Assembly (NCBI GenBank): GCA_028534125.1
Contig: CM052817.1
Location: 92,816,001 to 92,880,000, forward strand
DNA length: 64,000 nt
Source: Lama glama
Taxonomy: Eukaryota
Reading direction: 5' to 3'
The notes under the pieces were generated by a model, which did no database searches, had not been told where the DNA came from, and was given only the letters and a program-made list of their open reading frames with translations. Position 1 is the stretch's first letter. The number at the start of each line of letters is the position of its first letter. Positions 53,431 through 64,000 of this stretch are shown piece by piece. The position numbers were made by a program, and so were the translations under genes.

Positions 53431-54704
53431 TGCTTCCGGGTCTGCCTCAGCTGCAGAGCTGCCTTGTCTGGATCAAGCCCTTCCCAAGGCACGGCATGCA
53501 TCTGGTGACTGAGCAACTGGCTTGGCTATTGTGGCTCAACGTGGCTCAACCATGACAAGTAGCTATTAAGTTAATATCCCTGTACAAAATCTAGTAGCTG
53601 ACACTTAACCACATTGGTTAAATATATTTCCCTCCTTTGCATTTTACTCCTGGATTGGCAAGCTCTTCGATGGAATGCAATGACGTATGTGAGGCTGACC
53701 TTTATAAGTCACCTACCTCAAACTTATGCTCATGCAGAATGTATTAGCCCATTTCAGAAAGGGAATAGACCTTATAGCACGCACGTCTGTACTTAACAGA
53801 ATGACCCTGGCTACTTATTTGACTAATGGGAACAATTCAAAGGATGCAACTTAATATGTCTAATCATATTTTGTGTTTATCCATCAGACATAGATAATAC
53901 AATGATAAGTTAGACATTGAAACATTCTTAATAAAGAATCAGTTAAAACACAACATACATAAAGGCTGGAGGGTTTCTGGAAAAGAATCTCTGTAGGAAG
54001 ACAAAAGAATGTGCTAAGTGCAATTTGCTAATTTTCCCAAATCTACACTGAGAGGCTTAGCTGCAAACCTATTCAGACTCTCAGTTCTTTCTCCATTTGG
54101 GGCATCTGCTGGACTCTACTAGGGTCCCCCTTTCCTGAGCTGTGACTTGCAAAATCTCTTACAGATAGTTGGGGCAACTGTAAGGCTCATCTTGTTAGTT
54201 TTGCATCTCTTAGGGATCACTGTCTCCTTCATTATATGATGTCCTGTGTCTTGAAAACTCATTTCATATACCTGTCTCTTATTTTTCAGGTGGGAGAGTA
54301 AATCTGGTCCCTGTTTCTCCAATCTGACTGAAGTGCAGTCAAATCTACATATATTTTATTACATAGAAACCAGTTCCTCAGAGCTGACTCAGACATATTT
54401 TACATCCACATTTATAAGGAATCTGTCAGTATTTTTAATCCACCAAAGAACAAAGGAATGAAAAAATATCCTTGCAGTACTATGCATATCTGTCCTAACT
54501 CTGTTAACTTAGTTGTATTAGTAATCTTGCTTAAAAAAAACCATCAGTGGTTTTCCATCAGTAAAAGAAGAATAATTATTACTACCAACTTTACATTTAG
54601 GCGTTATATGTTTAAAAGTTAACGTAAGTACGTGTTTTTACTTGTCAGGAGAAATGACAACCAGTCATCATTATTTTTAAAAAGGTTTTAAAAGTTACAT
54701 TTTG

Positions 54705-54840
54705 GAACTATAATTTGAAAAGATACATGCACCCCAATGTTCATAGCAGCACTTTTTACAATATTCTAGGCATGGAGTCAACCTAAATGTCAACCTAAAC
54801 TAACAACATTGTAAATTGACTACACTTCAATTTTAAAAAA
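54705..54840 (+). mobile_element. Short internally deleted L1 3' fragment
   Basis: AAAGATACATGCACCCCAATGTTCATAGCAGCACTTTTTACAATA (ORF2 end) joined to ACAACATTGTAAATTGACTACACTTCAATTTTAAAAAA (extreme 3' end). Confidence 0.8.
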
Positions 54841-55306
54841 GGTTACATCAGAGGAGAAGATTCCTAAGGCTACCTGGGTGAGGGTCCTGTAGTCTGGATG
54901 GACCTCTTGGGGAGCATTTTGCTATTAACGTCTACACCCTAAAATGTTAGGCATCTGTGTCTCCATGGTGACTGAGAGGCAGGGATAATAGAGGAGCCAC
55001 ATTTTGCAGGCCTGGAGCAGATTTACAAAGTTAGAAAGAACCGTGTCATCTGTTTTAATTTCTCTCCCTATTATGGAGTCTTCTGTAGATCACTGACTAA
55101 GTTTATCCAAACTACTTTGATACTGTGCTTTTTTTTTCAGAACTGCATATAGTTGTGGCTGTAGTTTAACAGGAAATGCATATTGTCATACAGAGTATGG
55201 TTTGCTAACTAATCATATGTGCTTGAGGCTTAAATAGATAGGCTCATGGGATCCTGACTCATGCATAGAGTTTCAGATTTTTGGCAGCATTAAAAATCTA
55301 TCTTAG

Positions 55307-55804
55307 TGTGGTAGGCAGAATGATGGCTTCCCAAAGATGTCCACATCTTAATCCCAGGAAACTGTGAGTATGTTACACTACATTTTGAAATTAAAGTAAC
55401 AGAGTTAAATTTGCTAAGCTGCTGATCTTAAAATAGGGAGATTATTTTGTGTTGTTTGGTTGGGACCAATGTAAACTGGGTTCTTCAACTTGAGGAGGAG
55501 GGAGGGGAAGAAAAGATCACAGTGACAAGATGTGAAAAAAACTCAGGTCTCCCTTGCTAGCTCTGAGTATCAAGGAGACTGCAAGCCAAGAATATGAGAA
55601 GCCTCTAGACAACGGAAAAGGCAGGGAAGTGGGTTCTCCCCTGGAGCCATCAGAAAGGAACACAGCCTCACCAACACCTTTAGTTTAGTCCAGTGAGACC
55701 CGTGTCACACTCCTAACCTGTAGGTCTGCAAGGTAATAAATTTGCATCGTTTCAAGCCACTAAATTTGTGGTAATTTGTTACAGGACAACAGGAAACTAT
55801 CAGA
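55307..55804 (+). mobile_element. MLT1D-like MaLR solo LTR
   Basis: TGTGGTAGGCAGAATGATGGCTTCCCAAAGATGTCCACATCTTAATCCC...AAGCCACTAAATTTGTGGTAATTTGTTACAG. Confidence 0.88.
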
Positions 55805-57537
55805 CTTAGTTATTTCCAACACCTTAGATGAAAGTGTCAACACCTTGGCCTGTTTCACGTAACTATAGAATCAAACGTTATCACATAGAATAGTATTTCC
55901 AAACAAAATTTAAAGGCTCCCAGAGTTTACTGTGAAGTGATTATTAGCTAAATCATAAGTTAGGTGTAGAAATTTATAGCTTGAGCAAGTCCTCAAAAAG
56001 AAAAAGCAGAGGGTGGGAAAAAGTGTCTTGTACAACAATCAGCACCTTGTCTGATGGTATTTACAGTAATGAAGAAATATAAAGCCGATTCATGAAACTA
56101 TACCCTTTGCAATATGGTCATCAGGCTGCAATGAAAACCAAAGATGCTAAATTATTGATATTAGCAGCCATCGTGGTGGTTATATTTGGTCTCTGGAGTT
56201 CTTTACTCAGTACTGCCTATGAGCTTTTTGTAGACCAATGAGGACCAAGTCGTTAATGCACTCTCAAAACAAACTCATTGGAGAAGTAAGATTTCTGTAC
56301 AACTTCCCTGGGCGAGATGCAGGTCTAAAATTCCACACTTGAGTTAACATGAGAAAAGGTACAGAGAGAAGAAATGCTCTGTGACTGTTTTTCATATCTG
56401 AGACCTTGCACAGCCCTGAGAATGCAGTTGTGGACTCCCTGGGATGTATCAGTTACAAGGGCATAGCTGCTGTTGTGCAAAATCTACGAGCTAAACACCG
56501 GTGTAAAAGGCAGAGTAAAAATAGCAACGGACTCTCTAAATAGCTCACGCCACTGAAGCAAAATCTATTTTTTTTTACATAGTTAATGCCAGGAAATGAC
56601 TACCGTGTAGTAGAACCACAATTATAAATATTCAGGGCTCACATACATGTGTGTGCTCACACACACTTACACACACTGCTATTTTAAAGTTTAAGATTTA
56701 CATGTTACCTGTGTAACATCTCTGTAAGTTTAGTATAAAGGGTACTTCATTTACTTGAATCTAATCTTAGATATCAAGTCTTTCTTAGCTTCCAAAAGAA
56801 AAAAAACAAACAACAGTGTTTAAAATTTAAACATAATGACAGTAAGGTTTCCGTAGTCTGTATAGTTTTGACCTTTAAGTTTCTGTGCCAACTACTGTCT
56901 AAGCCCATGAGTGTGTAATATACCTGATGAGCTCATCAAATCATCTTTGCTGATGACATCTCTATTATAAAATAGAAATGTGCCTAATGCTACCAGACAA
57001 TCATGAGAAAAAGGAGTGGTGTCACTGAAGCTTTATTTAGCTGGAGACTCTTTATGTTGGATAAAAGGAAAGTTTAAAGAAAATATTTTTTCTCTGAATT
57101 TCAGTCTGGAATGCCACCCACATCTCTCAACTCAGCTTTGAACTTGAGTCTAAAGAAAACGTTTGATCTTCTTTATCTTTCAACTTGACAAAATGTCCTT
57201 CTTCTTTGAAATTCCCTTTTTGTTTTATGCGTGCTTGTCCATGTGTTTTAGAGATATAAAGCTCTTGGGGGTAGGGGGCGAGTTTTTTTTTTGCTTAACC
57301 TCCTAAGTGTCTACTCCACCAAGTTTGCATTCCCAAAATACTGCTTATTAAAATCTTATTCTTCATCTAGTTTGGGAGTAATAGTAAGAGGTGTTGGACT
57401 TCTTTAGATTTTTCCCTTAGAGACTTTAAAAAATAAAAATGCTCAAAGGTAACAGTTTCATTCAAATATTCCTTGAGGCCATTCTGTATGGCAATAGCTA
57501 ATGTTCAATGAAATATTCATGACATAGCCAGCAGGAT

Positions 57538-58084
57538 TGTTACCCCAAAAGGTAAAGACCTTGGTTCTTGTCATACCTGAAAGGCAGGTTTGCAGCCGGG
57601 AGACAGTGTGTTGTGTAGCGAAAGATTTTAAAAGATTTATTTAATAAGAAAGAAAAAGTACACCCCCAAGAACGTGAGGCAGGCTGATCTAAGGGAGGAC
57701 AAGCAGCAGTTTTCGTCTCCCCTTTCTCACACCCTCGCTTAGAGGTGGTCTCTTGCCTGATTGACAGCTCTTACCCCTGGAGTGCTTAGTCCTGTTTGTC
57801 CCCTTTGCCCGTGCCCTTACCCAGGGCAAACACAGAAAACCCCCTGTGGTGGGGAGGAGAGCCTAAATCGCAATGTTAATTATAATACAACGAGCACTGA
57901 GCTGTGTCCCATTAAGTCTGTTCTGCTACCACTTAGTCCTGGCTGTCGGGTTTTAACCGGTTTCTTGCTGGCACTCCTGTAGAAGTTAAGTCCCTTTACG
58001 CTGGGGGCGGGCGTTTTCCGGACCAGCCTCCCTCTCCTCCACCTATCTGATGCCCGGTGCCCCCATTTATCTACCTACCTAACA
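57538..58084 (-). mobile_element. Apparently young ERV solo LTR (547 bp)
   Basis: Inverted termini TGTTA...TAACA, retained CpGs, minus-strand AATAAA (TTTATT near 57637) and an AT-rich TATA-like segment near 57880. No clean TSD seen. Confidence 0.75.
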
Positions 58085-59089
58085 GAGTCAAGTTCTGTGG
58101 ATGATACACAGAAACTTAAAAGTGATTCCTGGATTAAAAAACAATTTATGCTCTTATTGGGACAAGAAAACATAACTTGTTAGCAAATGACATTACTTGG
58201 TCAAATACCAGATTTCAGCCCTAGGATAGCTACCCCTCATAGGACAAAGTAAAAATACAGAGAAAAAGGCAAAGTCATACTTTGTCATCAGGTGGGGATT
58301 TTGCTTTAATCCGTCTGCAGAACCCTAGTGACTGGGGCTGAGCCCCACAAAAAACCCTTCCCTAGGTGCTACTAGCCTGAAATGCCCACTCTGTGTCTCT
58401 CTTTCCTGAAAGTAGGATGTGGACATGGGTGGGGAAGAGGAGCCAAAATAGACCAAAAGATCACGACGGAGAACAGCACAAGGAAGAACTACAGTTTATC
58501 AAAACACATCACATGAGTCTGCACAGACCCACGAGGGTAGCTCAACTCTCGTTCTAAATGATCTTCCCTGACTTGGTGGTAAACTTTCAGTAGGAGGCCC
58601 CTCATGCTGCTTTAATTTTTTGTTGAAATAAAATAGAAATAAGAATATTCTGCTTTTAGATCAAACAGCTTAGTCCACCAGCTTCTGCTTTGGCAGAAAG
58701 CCCAGCACCATTAGGAAGAATGTATTAGCGGCTAAGATAGCCATTAATAAGAAAGAATATAATCATATATAGTTCAAATAAATGCACCAGCGTAACACTC
58801 TACACTATGTCTCCAATAATAAGGCATTCAGTGATAGAATCAGATACTTCTTCCCCCTGGCATTTGTCACTTACTCACTTTTCATTCTAAAAAGGCACTT
58901 CTTCTGGCTGGCCTTCAGAGAATTCTTGATCCCTCAGCACTGACTGTCTTCTAATACCAGAGTGCAAGGCTGCTGTGACCTTCATTTATATTTCAACCAT
59001 GAGCTAAACCTAGAAATAGACAGGATAGCATTCCTTGAGCATACTGCTGTATTACCAAACCACGTCATAGAGACAGTTTTATTTTTCAT

Positions 59090-59168
59090 TTTTTTCCTTT
59101 TCTTAAAAATTGAAGTATAGTCAGTTACAACGTGTCAATTTCTGGTGTACAGCATAATGTTGCAGTCT
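59090..59168 (-). mobile_element. Very short L1 3' end
   Basis: ATTGAAGTATAGTCAGTTACAACGTGTCAATTTCTGGTGTACAGCATAATG, nearly identical to 28209-28260. Confidence 0.85.
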
Positions 59169-60400
59169 TGCCTATTAGAGACACTATTTTAAAGGATAAC
59201 TAAACAGAGTGTTTTTCTTAACTGATTTGGGGAAACAGGAAAACCAGCACGACTGTGGCAGAGAGTGAGAAGGGCCCACCACCCACAAGAAGGGGAAGCA
59301 CTGCATCGCCACGGGGCTCCCTGGTCCAGAAGGAGGGCTTCCGGGTGAAGCTGGAAGTGGTGGTTGGTTGGTGGCGCTGTAGCCACACATGCAGCTTTTG
59401 GTAGAAAAGGGAAAATACCTGAAAGAGGATTTTGGTCTATGATGTCACCCCCTCATCCATTCTTCTCAATGCCAATCTGGCTTCCACCCGACCCCACCGT
59501 GCACTTCTCAGAGACTGCTTTTATGGAGTGTATCAGTGATCTCCATGTGCTCCACCCAATGATCACCTCCCTGTTGTCTTAGCCTCTCCTCAGTGTTTTA
59601 CACAGATGCCTGCTCTCTTTCCCTCTGTGAATGACAAATATCACCTGCCGCATCAGTAAACAAAGGATCTTGCAGTCATCAAGCCATCATCATATGGCAA
59701 CCGCACAGACGGTAAGCCCTGAGGGAACTCAGGATGGGACAGCACAGTGAACTGATATAAATATTTCTTTTTTGCATTGTCCTCCAGATAGTTTCCTTTT
59801 CAAACTAAGAGTCAAGTCCAGGGTCTACCCCTTGAGTTGCAGTCTGCTTATTGCTTTGTCTTGTTCTAAACTGGGGGATACAGTTTGAACTCAGACCCTT
59901 CCAATTTTCCCCTTACCTCATTGCCATTCCTTCTTAGTCCCCTTTGCTGGCTTCGCCTCCCTTCTCCACTTGAAACACTATATCTGTGTTGTAATTAAAC
60001 ATATAACTGTATACATTCTACCTACACAATCTTATCCAATCCCAAGGCTTTATCTTCTGAATATAAGGTGACTTCAAACACAAAGTGTTTTTCAGTTTTC
60101 CCAGTGAGAAGATCAAAATACAAGTGTTTAAAATTTTATTTTAACAGCTGAACTTTTGGGGATTTAGATACACTAGCTAAATATATGCATACTTGTTAAT
60201 TTGATTGCACATATTGTATAACGTAAGCTATTAATGTAGGGATATTGCTTTTTCCATTCTCACATTTCATGAAATAAATACATGTGGAATCTTCACTTGT
60301 GGCTTTGGACAGCAGTCTCTGTCATCATTGGAGCCACTCTCAAGTCACTGAAGACAGTTTTCTTAAGTATATCCATCTTTACTTCCATTTAAATTTTTAG

Positions 60401-60496
60401 GGAGGGGAGGGTGTAGCTCAGTGGTGGAGTGCCTGCTTAGCATGCACGAGGTTCTGGGTTCAATCCTCAGTACCTCCACTAAAAAAAAAAAAAAAA
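60401..60496 (+). mobile_element. tRNA-Ala(AGC)-derived short SINE (camelid vic-1-like) with A-tail
   Basis: GGGTGTAGCTCAGTGGTGGAGTGCCTGCTTAGCATGCACGAGGTTCTGGGTTCAATCCTCAGTACCTCCA followed by a poly-A run. Pol III A and B boxes present. Confidence 0.9.
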
Positions 60497-61554
60497 GATG
60501 AAAAAGTTCTAGAGAGCTGGTGGACAACAATGTGAATAAAGTAAGCAATACTATAAAAATAAAGTTTTTAGGAGTTAGCCCTTTTGGAATTTTGTATAAT
60601 ATTATCATTGGAAATCTTACCCCATTAGGGATCTTTGTACATTATTTGTACAACATTAGGAGAGCTATTTTAAAATTTGTTTTATAGATGCATGCTTGTG
60701 ATCTCCACAATGCAATCAGTATCTTTAATTTCAGTAGTTTGCTTATAAGGACACCTAACACTTATAATTGTAGGATCATACCTTCCATAATAGTTAAATC
60801 TGTGTTTTATTTCTTTGCCTCCATTTTATTAAAGGTGGCTTCCATCAGCAACTAAAACTAGAATTAACTGAAGTCCTCTGTGCCTGAGTTTTTCCTAAAT
60901 ATTACTTTGATTTTCAAATAGAGTTATCCACTCATCTGAGTTTTTGGTGACTTTGATACTTTTTTTGTCTTTTGTACAGAAATAGAGTTAATTTCTGGTT
61001 TAAAAATGTAATATTTAATATATTGAATTATCATAATGCCTTTTGTTCCTAAAGTTTATTAATCTCTACATTATATTTATAAATATAGTAAATGTTAAGT
61101 CTTTTTAAAGGGATTTTTTAAAAAAAATCTGTTTCTGTTTATAAGCTTAGTTAATAAAATATCTTCAAATATTTTAAACTGCATTTACAAATTTAATCTA
61201 TCTGACTTCATTTTGAACTACTTCAATTACCTGGCTTTAGAGGAGAAACATTCCCAAGTACTAAAAAAATTATATATCTAATGAAATAAACTTAAACATA
61301 TGGTGAAACTCAGCTTATTGTAAATGTCTCAATACTGTAATACAGTAATATGTAGACTTCAAATCCCAAAGCATAAATTATTCAGTTGTGGATTTTAAGT
61401 TGTCACTCAAATAGGTCAATTCTCGTAATCATTATAACCACATATATCGCCAAATATGCACAGATTCCTTCTTAACACAAAAAATGAAATACTCTGGTCT
61501 TGGTTTTCTAAACTTCTTAATCTTAATTTTCGATCTTACTAAGATTTAAAAATA

Positions 61555-61732
61555 GGTATATACTCAAACAACTATAAATAAAATAGATAAACAATAAGGT
61601 TATACTGTATAGCACAGAGAACTATATTCAATGTAATAAACTATAATGGAAAAGAATCTAAAAAAGAATGTATAACTGAATCCCTTTGCTGTACACATGA
61701 AACCAACACAACATTGTAAGTCAACTATACTT
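61555..61732 (+). mobile_element. L1 3' end (older cetartiodactyl type)
   Basis: ATAAAATAGATAAACAATAAGG..ACTGTATAGCACAGAGAACTATATTCAA..ACAACATTGTAAGTCAACTATACT. Confidence 0.85.
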
Positions 61733-61942
61733 TTTTTTAAATGTTTTTTATTGACTTACAATCATTTTATTGATTTATAATCATTTGTGTCAAATTCCAA
61801 TGTAGAGCACAGTTTTTCAATTATACATGAAACATACATATATTCATTGTCACATTCCTTTCTCTGTGAGCTACCATAAGATCTTGTATATGTTTCCCTG
61901 TGCTATATAGTATAATCTTGTTTATCTGTTCTACAAGTTTTT
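61733..61942 (-). mobile_element. Young L1 3' end, antisense
   Basis: Same subfamily as 38247-38590 and 12167-12297 (GAGCTACCATAAGATCTTGTATATGTTTCCCTGTGCTATATAG). Confidence 0.85.
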
Positions 61943-63053
61943 AAAGAGCCAAGTCCTAAGAATACCCATTTGTTGGCCCAAGTGGACAGGGTTAGAAGAA
62001 ATGGGATATTTTCCTTTACCCTAAATTCCTTTAGTTAACTAAGAATTGGTGGAAAATGCACACTTCATTTTTGTCTACTTTTAAAATATGAATGCATTTA
62101 GCAACTCCATGCCTTAGACATCTATCTACATGGACTTTATCAGCCTGTGCAGGTCAGAGGCTATTAAGATCAAGATGAATTTAGTGAATAACATAGCCCA
62201 GGGTTATCTCAGAGGCTGCCTTAAACCTTGCAGAGCTGTGGTCCTGAGCAAATTTTTTTCTGAAAGTCTTGGAGCAATGCTTCTGCGACAAGAACCCTAA
62301 TATAAATTGGAACTAAGGAAACAAACACATACAGTGCAAAATAGAACAAGCGTTTCATTTATCACTGTGTGGATACAAACAAAAATAACAGGATGAACAA
62401 ATCTTTCTACAATTATTTCATCATTTACATGGTTTTTACTAAATAAATTTGCTTTAAAGAAATCAAAGTTCTCATTTGAAAGAAGTTTAACTTCCCAGTT
62501 TTTACACAACTGTTATGTCCTTGGGGGCAAATATAAATATCCAGATGGGAATCCTTTCCTTATTAATAGTTTGTACATAGACTTCAGATGGTACTCAATT
62601 AGACGTTTGTTGAATGAATATTAATAGCTTTGAAATAATTCATAGGTCCCTACTAATGCTGGGTATTTTATACATATTTTGTTTTGTTTTTCAGTTATCC
62701 TCAGAGTAACCATGAAATGTATGTAGTCATGTCTCCCTTTTACAGATTAGAAAAAGGAGGATGGTATATTTGAAGGAGCAGAGCTAGTGATTGTGAATTT
62801 GAGAATTCCACATAAGGGTCTCTGATTTCAGAGTCCCTGTTTTTATCTCCTTTAGCACACAGCTTGCCAGTCTTGGACTACACAGACAAAAAAGAAATTG
62901 CATCTCCTTTCATGAGTAGACCATGAATGTTCTTTGTAGATAATTTGTTATTAATGTCTCTTCTGCTTCCTTGGTACTATTGATGAGAATGTGTTACAAT
63001 GTGATTTCTTTTGTGTTGTGATTCCTACTCATGTTGCATGAAACTCATAGCTC

Positions 63054-63645
63054 TGTTAAGCAGTTCAAAATGGAGTCACAGTGGCCAGTGTGAACTTCCA
63101 TATTAGTTGTTTTGAAACCTTGGGTATAGACTGCAAGTGTCTTAGACAGATAAACTAAGTGTTTCCTTAGATAAGGACTCTGATTGGCAACATCTGTGAA
63201 AGACTTCACTGGAACAGAAGAAGCAACTGATAGACAGACAAGACCTCCTGGGGCATAAGTGGCACACTCAACTGGCAGACTGCTTAAAATGAGAGCAAAG
63301 TGCCAAGGTACTTAAAGGCTCTTTCCTGGAGGACCTGACTGCTGCCAAGAGATGTTCCAGATGATGCTGCCCACGCTTTGCTGGAGCAGAAGGTGACTTC
63401 CCACTCACACGCACTGGGAGACCAGGTGGCTGACTGGAGTCCACTGCTCACGCTGAGATGTCTCCATCCCTGACTTCTCCTTGGAGTGGTTTGTTACCCC
63501 TTTTCCTATCTTCCCTACTCTGACTAAGTGCTACGTGCTAATCGTGTGCAATAAACTAGTGATTCATGAATTGGATATTGGCTATGCTCTGTCGATCTCC
63601 AATCCCGTGATTCTTACCTGGCCTTACCCCTGGGCCCAGCAACTA
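63054..63645 (+). mobile_element. ERV1-type solo LTR, family not assigned
   Basis: TGTTAAG start, CAAAATGGAGTC motif, AATAAA near 63550. 3' boundary approximate. Confidence 0.55.
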
Positions 63646-64000
63646 AGAGAATGAAAAATAGTTATAACATTTCAACGAATTATGAGAGGGATAGATCCTA
63701 ATATCCTAAGAAACGAATAACTTCAAATTAAACACAATTAACAAACATTACCAGGTAGACAACTGTGCATCTCTAAATTTGAGGCATTGTGGGAGATACA
63801 AAATGGAAAAGGCAAGATACTTGCTCTTTAAAAACATTATAACCCGATGAAGAGGTAGAAATGTACATAAACAACATAAGGGTGTTTCCCTGGGGTCAAA
63901 AACTTTAGGCTCTTATTTGGAAAGGGTGGGAGGCCTGTGAAGGATCTTGATGGAACAGACTTGGATAATTTGAGCTGGGAAAAGGAGTGTGAATGAAGGA

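Noticed and set aside
56925..56938. Perfect 14-bp palindrome TGATGAGCTCATCA
   Set aside because: A few palindromes of this length are expected by chance in 64 kb.
60404..60478. Functional tRNA-Ala gene
   Set aside because: Followed by a poly-A tail instead of a T-run terminator, has stem mismatches, and a second degenerate copy lies at about 26022-26111, so it is a SINE. A tRNAscan-SE run would confirm.

Overview
Mammalian (eutherian) genomic DNA, most likely from a camelid: it carries tRNA-Ala-derived short SINEs and cetartiodactyl-type L1 3' ends, and I saw no Alu, Bov-tA/BovB or PRE-1-like SINEs. The one supportable protein-coding gene is ZNF330 (NOA36) on the + strand. It has a CpG-island promoter and probable non-coding exon 1 near 34.7-35.0 kb, and nine coding exons from 36851 to 50969. 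I joined these by hand: 120+20+71+80+127+105+47+118+275 = 963 nt, giving 320 aa plus stop, with all introns GT-AG. A probable poly(A) signal lies at 51625. The rest is mostly transposable-element fossils: L1, L2, MIR, MLT1/LTR33/LTR16-ERVL, Tigger2, Charlie1/MER58 and an apparently young solo ERV LTR. There are two 500-N assembly gaps. I found no convincing new multi-gene system. The most unusual items are an intronic 3-copy minisatellite in which every unit has two back-to-back splice-donor motifs, a 36-aa signal-anchor-like smORF downstream of ZNF330, a perfect inverted triplication, a sense L1 poly(A) insertion in ZNF330 intron 2, and several retrotransposition scars. Repeat family names and comparisons to human come from memory of consensus sequences, not from a search; repeat boundaries are approximate.
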